Source: Paecilomyces variotii
Lineage: Eukaryota
Reading direction: 5' to 3' (one strand)
Length of the DNA stretch: 64,000 nt
Assembly (NCBI GenBank): GCA_004022145.1
Contig: RCNU01000014.1
Shown: piece after piece, positions 36,209-47,943 of the stretch
Numbering within the stretch: position 1 is the stretch's first letter
How the letters are laid out: every line of letters starts with the position of its first letter
Program-made: the position numbers and the translations under genes
Notes under the pieces: generated by a model
What the model saw: the letters and a program-made list of their open reading frames with translations, nothing else
The model's database searches: none
What the model was told of the DNA's origin: nothing

Positions 36209-39200
36209 ATGGGTGTTCCAGCACTGTTCAGATGGCTGTCCCAGAAGTATCCGAAGATTATCTCCCCGGTGATCGAAGAGCTTCCTTATGAAGTGGGTGG
36301 AGAGGTCATTCCGGTCGACACGACCGGACCCAATCCCAACGGGGAGGAAATGGATAATCTGTACTTGGATATGAACGGTATCGTTCATCCCTGTACGCAT
36401 CCAGAGGGCAAGCCCCCGCCAGCGAACGAGCAGGAGATGATGCTGGAGATCTTCAAGTACACCGACAGAGTGGTCAACATGGTCCGACCGCGCAAGCTGC
36501 TCATGATCGCAATTGGTATGTTGACCTGCAGACTCGAAAAACTCGCTGTCTCCCTTCGGGTGGCTACATTATATTACGTGTGATGTCGTATAGTCGCCAA
36601 GGGGGGTTAGCTCTTTCTGTTCTATCGATTTTTTTTACATTTACCAGTAGCACTATAACTAACATTCTTTCTCAATTTAGATGGTGTCGCGCCCCGAGCA
36701 AAAATGAACCAGCAACGAGCGCGTCGATTCCGCTCCGCTCAGGAGGCTCGGGAAGCCGATGAGAAGAAGGAGGAATTCCGGAAGCTGCAGGCGAAGCAGA
36801 ACGGTAACAAACTGGAGGTGGAGCTGCAAGAGGAGGTCATCCAGAAGACATGGGACAGCAACGTCATCACTCCTGGAACACCGTTCATGGACATTTTGTC
36901 TGCGTCGCTGCGGTATTGGATCGCCTACAAGCTGAACACTGATCCGGCGTGGGAGAAGCTGAAGATCATCATCTCCGACGCGACTGTGCCTGGTGAAGGA
37001 GAGCATAAGATCATGGAGTTCATTCGGTCCCAGAGGTCATCGCCAGAACATGATCCCAACACCCGTCATGTTATGTACGGGCTGGATGCCGATTTGATTA
37101 TGCTGGGTCTGGCAACCCATGAGCCTTATTTCAGAGTCCTTCGAGAAGACGTTTTCTTCCAGGAGTCTAGGGCTAGAACTTGCCATCTATGTGGTCAAGC
37201 CGGCCACAAGGCGAATGAATGCAGGGGTCAGGCTAAAGAGAAGAACGGCGAGTTTGACGAAAAGGGCAAGGGTACCGCTCTCAAACCGTTCATCTGGCTG
37301 CATGTTTCTATCCTTCGGGAGTATCTGGCCGCCGAGATGTACGTACCGCAACAGCCATTTCCCTTTGATCTGGAGCGGGCGCTGGATGACTGGGTCTTCA
37401 TGTGTTTCTTTGTCGGTAACGACTTCTTGCCACATCTTCCTTCTCTTGACATTCGAGAGAACGGAATTGACACTTTGATCGCAATCTGGCGTGATAATAT
37501 CCCGGTTATGGGTGGATACCTCACGAAGGATGGGCAAGTTGACCTGAAGAAGGCCCAGCTTATCCTGCAGGGGCTCGCGAAGCAGGAAGACGCTATTTTC
37601 CGCCGTCGACGACAGACGGAAGAGAGGAGACATCGGAACCAGCAAAGGCGTAAAGAGGAGGAGAGAATGCGGGATGATGAACGCGCGCGCAAGCGAAGGA
37701 GGAGCTCGCCCACCTATGACTCTCCTACTGGCAAGTCTCGCAAGAACGGGCCAGACGCTGGGCCTCCAGCTGATCTGCCTCTGATCACTCCCGGAAGAGG
37801 ACATCTATCGAAAGAGAATCGGGAGCTCACTCACAGCATGGTAGTGAATCGGGGAGCTATCTACAAGGCAAATGTGGCCAACAAGAGCGCCGCAGCGGTA
37901 CTGAAGAGTCAGCTTTTGAAGGGCCCTACCGCAGATGCTAGCGAGGGTGACGCAACACCAGCAGACAACGAGGATCCGTCGAATGTCGAGGAAGAGCAGA
38001 CATCCCCATCAGTGCTGGGTAAGCGCAAGGCTGATATGGCGGAGGACGAAAATGTCGAGCCTGGAACTCCGGGAAGAGACACGCCTATTGTGGACAACAC
38101 ACCGAAGGATGAGGATGAGCTCCCTCCTGACACAGTGCGCCTGTGGGAGGAAGGTTACGCCGACCGATATTACGAACAGAAATTCGGTGTCGACCCCAAA
38201 GACATTGAGTTCCGTCACAAGGTCGCGCGAGCCTACGTGGAGGGACTTTGCTGGGTGCTGTTGTATTATTTCCAGGGCTGTCCTTCCTGGACTTGGTACT
38301 ATCCTTATCACTACGCGCCTTTTGCGGCTGACTTTGTCGACATCGATGACGTGGAGATCAACTTCGACAAAGGAAGTCCATTCAGACCGTTTGAGCAGCT
38401 GATGGGCGTGTTGCCGGCATCTTCCAACCATGCTCTACCCGAAGTGTTCCATGATCTCATGAGCGACCCCAACAGCGAGATCATTGACTTCTACCCGGAA
38501 GACTTTCCAGTAGATCTCAATGGCAAGAAGTTCGCCTGGCAAGGAGTTGTGCTTCTCCCGTTCATTGACGAGAAGCGCCTCCTGGCCGCCATGCAGAAGA
38601 AGTATCCTCTTCTGACCGAGGACGAAAGGGCGCGAAATACGATGGGCCGTGATGTCCTCTTGTTATCCGACCGCCATCCACTGTACAAGGAGTTGGTCTC
38701 TAATCTGTACTCCAAGAAACAGAGTGAGGCCAAGTTCAAACTCAACATGCGTGTGAGTGATGGCCTTGCGGGTAGGGTTGAGCGGAGTGAGGCCTACATC
38801 CCACATAGCTCGTTGGTCTCGCCGCTAGAAGACAATGGTCTGCCGAGTCTGGATGAGGACCACTCTATGACGTACGTATCTCTCTTTCTAGCCCGGGGAA
38901 ACATCTGTACTGACTGAAGCAGGGTGAATTACGAGATCCCGAAGTCGTCTCACGTCCACAAATCTATGCTTCTCCGAGGCGTCAAATTGCCGCCACCGAC
39001 CCTCGATAAGGCGGAGATTGAGATTGTCCGGTCGAAGGCGGCACATTCCGGCCGACAATATGGCGGTGCTCCGCTCCGCAATGGAAATGGAGGTGGTCGT
39101 GGTGGCCGTATCAACTACGCCAACGACAGACCAAACCCTTTCGCTGCTCATATCAATCCTGGCTTTGTCCCGCCGCCGAACATGGGCGCTCCGATGCCAC

Positions 39201-39556
39201 CTTCGGGCTGGGTTCCCCCTGCCCCTGGAACTATGGGATACTCCCAGGGGCCACCCCCACCTCCTCGAGGCGGCTACAACGACCCGTACCGCCAGTCATA
39301 CCCCGGGGGGCCCCAGCAGTCTGGTAATCAACATGGCGGTTACTATGGCCAGGGGAACTACCATAACCAGTCCTCATATGGTCAGCAGGGATACAATCAG
39401 TCTCACCACGGACAAGGCGGCGGTTACCAGGGCCAGCATTATGGCTCTGGTCGCAACGATCGACGGGATGGCGGTTACGGTGGCGGATATCGCGATCAGC
39501 GCCAAGGCCGTGACAGCTATGGTTCCAGGCGCAATGATGGATATGGACGATACTAG
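36209..39556 (+). CDS. rat1: 5'-3' exoribonuclease 2 (Rat1/Xrn2/Dhp1)
   Basis: [52 protein letters not shown] and a CCHC knuckle. Introns at 36516-36680 and 38872-38922. G/Y/Q/R-rich tail. Confidence 0.97.
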
Positions 39557-42500
39557 GCGTTCTGAATTGGCTTGCTTTTGAGAAATCTTGTACAGTAGCA
39601 GTAGGGTACGAGCATACGCTGGACTAACTATCTACGGAGTTATGGAAGAACTCAGATCAAACGAAGTTTCCGAGTTGTGTTCTGAAATTTCATCGTCTGT
39701 CATAAAGTAGTCTAACAAAGGGATTGACTTCCTGTTGATAATCAAGGAGCTACTTATGTGATGCTCCTCGTACGTAGATCAGTACACGATAAATTGCCTG
39801 CCTACCACAGAAGTGCCGAATAAGATGCAATTAATACCAGATCACCAAGGACGACAGGAAATTCCCTGCTCGGAATCAGCGACTCATCCACCTAAGAGCA
39901 GAGTCCGTCAGACATCAACAAGGCTAGACTCCTAGTCATTCCAGCACTGGGACCACGTGTGCACTGCCCTGTTCTATCGATGTATGTACAGTAAGTACAG
40001 TAATCCTTAAGGCACCAGTATTCTTCCCTTGGCATAAATCGCATAAATGAATATCTAGCCTGCTAGATAGTGCAACACCGCGGCACCGCCACACTTCTAG
40101 AGTATCTAGTCTATTCTAGTTCACTCTAAATAGCAACACCCACACTACTTCCCCAACTCACAATAGAGTATGGTATTTTAATAATGGAACCACCTATTCT
40201 TTTCAGCTGTCGTTGTCGCTCGAATTTACTTAAGAGTAGTATCCTGATTGGTTTTTTTTTTTACGATGAGTCCCAGCCACGATTTTCGATGACTCTTTTT
40301 AGATACTGTAAGATAACTAACTGGTAGACTATAACTAATACACTTATTAGGTACTTGGATTGTGGCAATTCGAGTAGAGTAAAGTAGGGTATCTCCTGTC
40401 TTCGTCTCTTCTACAGAAAATCTGATATACTCTAAAACTGAAGCCTAGCCTACATCTATCATCCATGTCATCTGGAGTGGGGTAACTAAGACTAAGCCTA
40501 TTTGGTAACTAAGCGATTGTTCAGATGGTCCGTGCACGCGAAGCTGACCCAAATAATAATAATAATACTCGGTACCACACACTGAGAAATTTCCACTTTT
40601 AAAACTAACTAATACACGACACTAGAATTATTATTATTCCCCACCAGCACCCCGACCATGTCGCTAAAGAAGTCGGTAAGTACTAGTACTAGCTCCTAGT
40701 TAATCAGTTCTTGTGGATATATGACATTATTCCAGTATATTATTATTCCATTAGGGGTTTAGGAAATTGGAACTGATTGCTAATTGATTTCTAATTGATT
40801 AGAAGTATTATCAGAACTATCTTGACGCGGTCGCAAAAGGGCGGCTTACGCTGCCAGATATTGACGTAGGTGAAATAATAATGAGAACTGATTAGTTATT
40901 ATTATTATTATAGTGGTTGCATATTGATTTTTTTTTAAACTGGTTACCTACCTACTTAGCCTACTGAGCCTCTCATTCTCAAAGTTGGAGAAGTCTATTG
41001 TCGGTATCCGGATTGTCCAGAAAGACAGGTAAGTTTTACTTACTTACTTAAAACTTATCTAAACCCATTTTACTTCGAATTAGTTCTTTCTTAACTTCCA
41101 GGTTCAGAAACGCTATTCAGCCACAAACAATCTCAGACACCACTACAAAGTCCACTTCGCTGACAACGAAGTAAGAACAAGTTCATCCGTTCCCCAACAG
41201 ATTGAGAGAGAACCTGTTGCTAACCAGTGCTATACTTAACTAGAGTCTGATCACGGCCGGTAAGAGCGGCACGCCCTCTATGGAAGTAATTATGGATGCT
41301 ATCAGTAAGTAGTGGTTTTTTTCTTACTGATTCTCAATTGGTAGCTATCTAACTGGTTGGCAACCCGGTTAGGCTGGTATAAGTCTATCACCACGACACA
41401 TGATGAGTAGTAGTAACTAGTGGGGTGCATCGAGGTGTTTTCTTCGGAGAGCAGTGGATAATCAGTTAGATTAACACGAGAGCTGCGAGAAAGATTATGA
41501 AAGATATCGGGCGTATTCTACCTTGCGCGATATGCAACTAGGCTAATAAGGCTAAATGTGATTCTTAACTTTGTCGACGAAGAATAGAACATTAAGTATC
41601 TCCTTAATCTAGAGTGATCCTACTCTCGTCTAGTAGAAATAATGCATCCTCTATATTGGCTACCTAATAAACTAACCTGTCGATAGGATCGACCAAAACG
41701 ACTACAAAAAGCTTCATAGGAGGAAGAAGAAGAAGAGCGGATATCTTATCCACAAACAGGAACATTCCTCTTGCAGATTAATATTAGAACAAGGATAGCG
41801 GCGGACAGGCACCTTTTGGTATTTACTTACTCTCAACAGTTCTACTGGAATCTTTTTACACTCTTCTATAATCACATTCAACTAACTACTCTTTGGAAAA
41901 GAGGCACATCGATAATCCTATATTCTTTACAATTATGCAATCTTACTGGTGTAGGAACGCAATATCCTATAGGAAGAAGTTCAAACACTCGACAATAATA
42001 GCTTTTTATGTTTTTTCTTTTTTTGCCCCCTTCCTTCCTTCCTCGTCTCCGGCTCTAGGTACTATACTATACTATACTATATTAAGTATATGCTTAGGCG
42101 AGCCCAGTAGACTCGATGCTACTTCGAGTATATATATACTAACTGTTAGGTAGAGTTATTATATTACTCAGAATATCTAATCTAGCAATAGTTAACTAAA
42201 AGGAAAGTTTGAATATAGCTATACTATGCTATGCTTGCTATGCTATGTTGTATCGCCACTTTCCTTTTTCTTACATATGCTTACGCTATGATTCTCCTCC
42301 TACTAAGTAACTAAGTATACGCCCGTTAGTTCGTTTTTCTAGAAGAAGAAGGGGGGTATAGTTAGTAATTAATAATAATCAATTAATAACTAACTGCTGT
42401 AGTTAAATGGGAGTAGTTAACGTTAAAGAATATATAATTACTAATCACCTCACCTGATAATGTGGTCGAGCGCGGGGTTATGTGGTGTCAGGTGATTGTT

Positions 42501-43240
42501 TAGGTATCTAGTTAAAACTACTACCTACCTAGAGATCTTCAGCCAGAAGGGATAGTGATTTTCGCGCAAGTTGATGGTATGTCTTACTCTTAGTCTAGGA
42601 TGATCATTTCCAAGGAGATCTACCAACTCTACGAGTTTCGATGACGAGTTTCGATGTGAATGAGAAGTTGTAATGAGATCATGTATACTATAATACTAAT
42701 ACTAATGATGATAATAATAGTACAGTCTTGCTCTGAAAGGAGACACCGCTTTTCCCCTATTCTATAAATGCCCCAAAAACCAAGAAAACCCCTGATCGTA
42801 TCATACATACATATGCCATACTATACAAGAGGAAACGGAGCGAGCAGTGTGAAACGGCCACAGCTGTACGTGAGCCTCGATTATGTATGGTAGCACACCG
42901 GGCCCGACTCCATATTTGCACCACCCAAAAATGCAAGTCGACAGAAGATCTGAGACATCGTAACGTAAACATCGTAGAACATATAATACAGCGTCGTCGT
43001 GGCAGAAACAAAGCAATTTCTTTTTTTTTTCTGATCTTCGATCCAACCATCCGTGCCCACATGAGACCCTCGAGCCGAAACGAAACCCCTGTACAAAACA
43101 GACTAGGAGAAAAGAGAGATGGCTTGAACGCGCGACAGTAGCGTCATGACAAACGGTCTAGGAAAGAAACCCAACCAAACTAAGCCAATAAACAGTATGA
43201 GACGTGACGGAACCAGCGTAACGACATGATGATAATAGAA

Positions 43241-43270
<30 letters not shown>
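43241..43270 (+). repeat. (TGA/ATC)n microsatellite in the rpn4 3' region
   Basis: About 10 tandem trinucleotide units. Confidence 0.85.
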
Positions 43271-43271
<1 letters not shown>

Positions 43272-43558
43272 CGAGGAGCGTGACGTCATGACGCGGAATC
43301 AGGCTCCCAGGCCGCAAGTCCCGATGCGGCAAGTCCGGCTGCCGATCCGGGAGACCAAGCGAGTCCTTTCCGAATCGGGCGCGGGGTATGACGTCGGTGC
43401 CGGCCGTCATGGAGACATCATGAGCATGAGCTTTTTGCGTGGATTCTGAAATCCACCGCTTCACCCGGATGCGACGCCGCGCGATAGGCCGATGCTGCAC
43501 CGGCGATGCGACAGATGGTTGGGTTGGGTTATGAGCCATTGCACTCGTGGGTCATCCC

Positions 43559-45904
43559 TCAGTCTCTGCCCTTGCGCTTCTGCTTCCCCGGCCAATCGAC
43601 CTCCGGGTGCACGACACGCATATGCCGCGTTAGTGCGTCGTTGCGCGAGAACGTCTTCTCCTCGGTGCAGAGGTGGCAGCGGACCTTCTGCTTCCGAGCG
43701 TTGTGGATCGTGTCCTCGTGTCGTGTCAGGTCGTAAGGCCGCGAGAAGATCGAGTTGCAGGGCTTGCCCGTAGAAGGGTTGATCCGCTCGCACTTGTGAG
43801 GGCCCGCCTGGGAGTTGCGCATCGCGAGGCTGCCCGTCTGCGGATCGCGCGCGAGGTGGCCCCCGGGCGTGGTCTGGCGATGAGCTTCCCGCTTGTGCTT
43901 CTGCAGCTTGGCCGGTGTCTCGAAGCGCATCGTGCAGCCGTGGTAGGTGCATGTGTAAGTACCAGCATCGGAGGCCGTATTGTCAGGTCTCCGGCTCAAC
44001 GGCTGCGCCTGCGGCTGCTGCTGCTGCTGCTGCTGCTGCCGCCTCTGTGGCGCAGACAGGTCGACATGAGACTCGCTGCCCGTAGACTCCATCGTAGGGA
44101 GCGAAGCTGGGAACTCCGGCGTGTGATGGATCAGGCTGTTGTTCTGCGGCTGGCTGCGAGGATGCTGCTGCTGATGCTGCTGCTGCTGCATGGGCTGCAT
44201 GAACTGGTACGGCTGTCCCAGACCGGCGGCTTGGGTCGCGTACTGGCTCGGGAAGGCCTCCATGGCCGAGTAGTTCTGTGTAGGCTGGAAGGCAGAAGAG
44301 CTCTGGCGGCGCAGGCTCATCGCATCCGCAAGGTTGAAGTCGCCGCCGTTCTGGTTCGACGGGAACAGCGACGGCAAGCCATTGTCCTCGGGGGTCTCGT
44401 GGTACTCCAGGAGCGCATCCTTGGGGGAGATCGTCTTGGGCTCGCCGGGGTTCATGCTGTTCTGTTGCGACATCGTCATGCCCGAGGTGATGTTGTTCTG
44501 CGGCATGGGCGCCGCACCGAAGTCAGCCGCCAGCGGCGAGCCCTGTCGGAAGGGCGACGAGCGCTCCCGGTTCATGGCGTTGGCCGGTGACTGAGAGCGC
44601 GCAGAGATGTGTCCCTGATGCGCCGCCTGGAGACGGTCCGCGAACAGGTTGCGGTAAGGCGAGTACAGGTGCTGGTTCGTAGGCTGCTTGCGGAGCTGGG
44701 GCGCCGGGATGATCTGCGGGTTATACAGCTCGTCCTGATAGATATCGGAGATGGTACGGTCCAGCTTGGGGACACCCATCTGGGCGTTATTGGAATTCTG
44801 GCCGTCAAATTCTGAAGACGCATCGAGTTGTAAGTATTCATCCATCCACCGGTCAACGTCAGGAAATCGGTCCTCACCATGGGCTATCGCCTTCGATCCA
44901 TCGTCGACCTCATCGTACGTAGTCTGCGGAGTCGCAGGAGAGTTGTGGCTCACGCTGGAGACCGAAGGCGCAAGGGAGTACTGGAAGGAAGATTCCTCCT
45001 CCCCAGAGCCCTGGTACCGTTGCTGCTGTTGTTGCTGCTGCTGCTGTTGCTGATTTTGTCGCTGCTGCTCCATGATCGCCCGTCGCATCGCCATCTCTGC
45101 TTCAGCGTTGTCACCATTCTGGAAGGGTGCCGCCAGGAAAGAATTCTGCACGGGCGTCTGCACTGGCGTGGGTAGTGGCTTCGACAAGGAAGTCTCGTAG
45201 CCGTTCAGCGATGTCGACGGCGAGAACGAGGCCTGCGAGTTGTAGCCGTTCGGAGCGGCCGCAGCGAGTGGCGAATTTGATGCGCCGCCGGACGAGCCCG
45301 AGGAGGCTCTCTTGTGCTGGCTCTGGAATCCTGATCCCCGCAAAACACCACCGTTCTGGAACCCAGCCGGGCTGAGATGGGTGTTGGGGCCTGCCTGTTG
45401 CGCCAGCATTGGCGAACCGGTATATTGCGACTGGAACTGTCGCGACGAGGGGGACGGATGGATCCTGATGGAAGGATTGAAGGACGAGGAGGCGCTCATC
45501 GAAGGAGCGTCCGAGAAACCGCAGTCGTAGGCGGTTGAGAAATCAGAGGATATGGCCGTCGCAGGCGACTGATTTGATGCGAACGACGGGGAGGAGAAGG
45601 TGGGCGACGCAGAGATGGAGGAACAAGGGGAGGCGTTATGGTGGTGAAGGTGAAGGTCTAGGTCGACGGTCTGCTGGAAAGGCGACTGCAAGGTCGAGGA
45701 GGAAGTAGAAGACTGCTGCTGCTGATAGAGCGGCAGCTGGCGACTGGTAAACCACTCCGGTGGGAGCTGGTTATCTTGCGACGGCGACGACGACGACGGC
45801 TGGTGTTGCAGTAGCAGGAACGGATTGTTGATGTTGTTGTAGTTGTAGTTCTCTCGAGACGGTTCAGTGATGAGATCCTTACGTACTGAAGGATGTAGGA
45901 GCAT
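43559..45904 (-). CDS. rpn4: Rpn4-type C2H2 transcription factor (proteasome gene activator); start at 45904, 45499 or 45409 is uncertain
   Basis: CERINPSTGKPCNSIFSRPYDLTRHEDTIH and CHLC..KTFSRNDALTRHMRVVH match the Rpn4 finger pattern; poly-Q tracts are present. Confidence 0.88.
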   Translation of the reverse strand: MLLHPSVRKDLITEPSRENYNYNNINNPFLLLQHQPSSSSPSQDNQLPPEWFTSRQLPLYQQQQSSTSSSTLQSPFQQTVDLDLHLHHHNASPCSSISASPTFSSPSFASNQSPATAISSDFSTAYDCGFSDAPSMSASSSFNPSIRIHPSPSSRQFQSQYTGSPMLAQQAGPNTHLSPAGFQNGGVLRGSGFQSQHKRASSGSSGGASNSPLAAAAPNGYNSQASFSPSTSLNGYETSLSKPLPTPVQTPVQNSFLAAPFQNGDNAEAEMAMRRAIMEQQRQNQQQQQQQQQQQRYQGSGEEESSFQYSLAPSVSSVSHNSPATPQTTYDEVDDGSKAIAHGEDRFPDVDRWMDEYLQLDASSEFDGQNSNNAQMGVPKLDRTISDIYQDELYNPQIIPAPQLRKQPTNQHLYSPYRNLFADRLQAAHQGHISARSQSPANAMNRERSSPFRQGSPLAADFGAAPMPQNNITSGMTMSQQNSMNPGEPKTISPKDALLEYHETPEDNGLPSLFPSNQNGGDFNLADAMSLRRQSSSAFQPTQNYSAMEAFPSQYATQAAGLGQPYQFMQPMQQQQHQQQHPRSQPQNNSLIHHTPEFPASLPTMESTGSESHVDLSAPQRRQQQQQQQQPQAQPLSRRPDNTASDAGTYTCTYHGCTMRFETPAKLQKHKREAHRQTTPGGHLARDPQTGSLAMRNSQAGPHKCERINPSTGKPCNSIFSRPYDLTRHEDTIHNARKQKVRCHLCTEEKTFSRNDALTRHMRVVHPEVDWPGKQKRKGRD

Positions 45905-46156
45905 AGTTGGTATGGAATATGGATTGGTCTGAGTGGGTACGGGGAGAAAGTTCCCAAGAGTTGCCACCGGGGGATAAGCTGGTGGTTAAATAATCGACGC
46001 CGACGGAGAGGTTCCCAGATGCAGGTCTCCCTTGGAGTCGACCACGGATCGTCCGGACACCACTGGCTCGTAAGCAGTCCCGACGGGGCGAGATCCGATC
46101 TGCCCGTTGCGTTGGAATTCTTCGTGATCGATTAGGTTGTTCGTCTTGACAGCTGC

Positions 46157-46174
46157 TTAATGACTGGTGGCCAT
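46157..46174 (-). other. Short upstream ORF (MATSH*) 5' of rpn4
   Basis: ATG GCC ACC AGT CAT TAA on the minus strand, ~250 nt upstream of the first in-frame rpn4 ATG and downstream of a TATA-like AT tract near 46475-46503. Confidence 0.4.
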
Positions 46175-47911
46175 CGAACAGTCTGGAAGCGTCGGGCGGA
46201 CGATGGATTGCAGCAGGGGCCCGATTAAGTAGGTGTCTGCTGAGTCACTAACAAGTCGAACCTTTCTTTTGCTTCGTTGAGATCCGTTGCAGATTCAAGG
46301 TTTTCCCAGATATTGTGGCTGAATCGGGCAGTGTCAGTAGATGGGAGTTGTAGTATAGTATAGTGTAGTAGTAGTAGTAGTATGGTATAGTATAGTAAGC
46401 GTCGGGTAATGCAGGTGTGGCAGTGAGCACGAGACGCTAAAAGAAGAGGGAGGCGAAAACCAGGAAGTTCGTAATATAATATAATATATATAATAAATAT
46501 ATAGTGAGTAATGGATGACTCAAAAACGTAAGTTAGTTAGTCCGTATCGACTGATTGATTGATCATCTTCTGCCCTCTCTTGCTCTCGAGGGAAGAGCCG
46601 GGCCTTTGTATGAGATGGGCTATGATGACGTCTCTGGTCTGAGAGGCATTCGACCTTTCGTTCTCGCGCATGACGCTAACTGGAGCGGGACCTCTTTCTC
46701 GTACCAGTACGGTAAACCCCGATACCTGATAGATACCTGGAAGCCGCCCGTCTCCGTACGGTCACGATACCCGGTAGATAGACTAGACTAGACTAGACTA
46801 GACTGGAGATCTGCGCGCTATTCCTGGAATCCCTCCGTCGTCCGTCGTCGATCTTTTTTCCTGCCCAATGCGCGCCTCGCTGTGGCTAGTGTCCCGTGGC
46901 CGTGCTAGACCGTTCTGTGAAAAGTGAAAATCATAGGGGAAAATGTGAAATATCTGAATTAGTAGTGAATTAATAATATTACCCATATTATTATTAACTT
47001 AGTTAACTACTATATTATCCGACCCGGCCAGCTGGCTGCTTGCGGCACCAGCCACATCCCTTACATGCCGACTTCCTTAGGTATCTACCGTCTAAGCGAA
47101 CGACCGGGGCTTAGTGCTAACTTAGGTACTCCGTAGTCTCGTCTGTTCTGCTGTCCTAAGCGCGGCCTAATGTTTCCCCATCGGCTGGCCCGATGTCTCT
47201 CTCTCGCGCGGCTCCCCGTGCACCTTTCCCATGCATCTAGATCAGTCAACCATCGGTGAGAAAACGGAAAATGTCTAAAAAATGGAAAAAATTTTTACAC
47301 TTTCTCTCTAATCCCTTTCCAGCGCGTAGATGACTCTTTTGTCTCAACTAGTCATCATCTGTAATGATAGTGTCAGAATAGTAATAATATCGACTACGAC
47401 GACTCCAGGCCGCCCTTTCGTTTGGTTTGCATTGCTCAGGCAAAAAGTCTTACAGTAACTAGTACTAAGTTATGCAAGGAACAGCCACACTTTATGCGCC
47501 CAATCACGGCAGCCCCGACTCCAACCAAGGCAGCCAATCACATTCAATATTCTCTGCCCCGAGCCACACTTTCCGAGGCTGAGGAATCTCCGTTTAAGTT
47601 ACCGGATGGATTGTATGTGTATCTCCATCGTACTCTGTAATTAACTACCTATCCGTGGCCGATGCCCTATCGATAATGTATGTAGTCTACCCCGTACTTG
47701 CCATAGACTACTTACTTACTCCAGAACGGGCTGAGTAGTGAGTCGAATCTGTCCCGCACACCGTTCACAGATTAGCTTTGCTCTGCAGCATTCTTCCCCA
47801 GCTTGGTCCACAATCCGCAGCACCGGCCACGTCGACGACCGATGCCCCGACTAGGAAGGATATCGATTCGTGATGCACTCGTGGTCGGAGGAGCCGATGG
47901 CAAAACGTGAG

Positions 47912-47943
<32 letters not shown>
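47912..47943 (+). repeat. (TAAC)8 microsatellite
   Basis: Directly visible; shorter TAAC runs occur near 10668, 50774 and 52057. Confidence 0.85.

Noticed and set aside
40751..40763. TTAGGGGTTTAGG as an interstitial telomere repeat
   Set aside because: Only two imperfect units, which is expected by chance.
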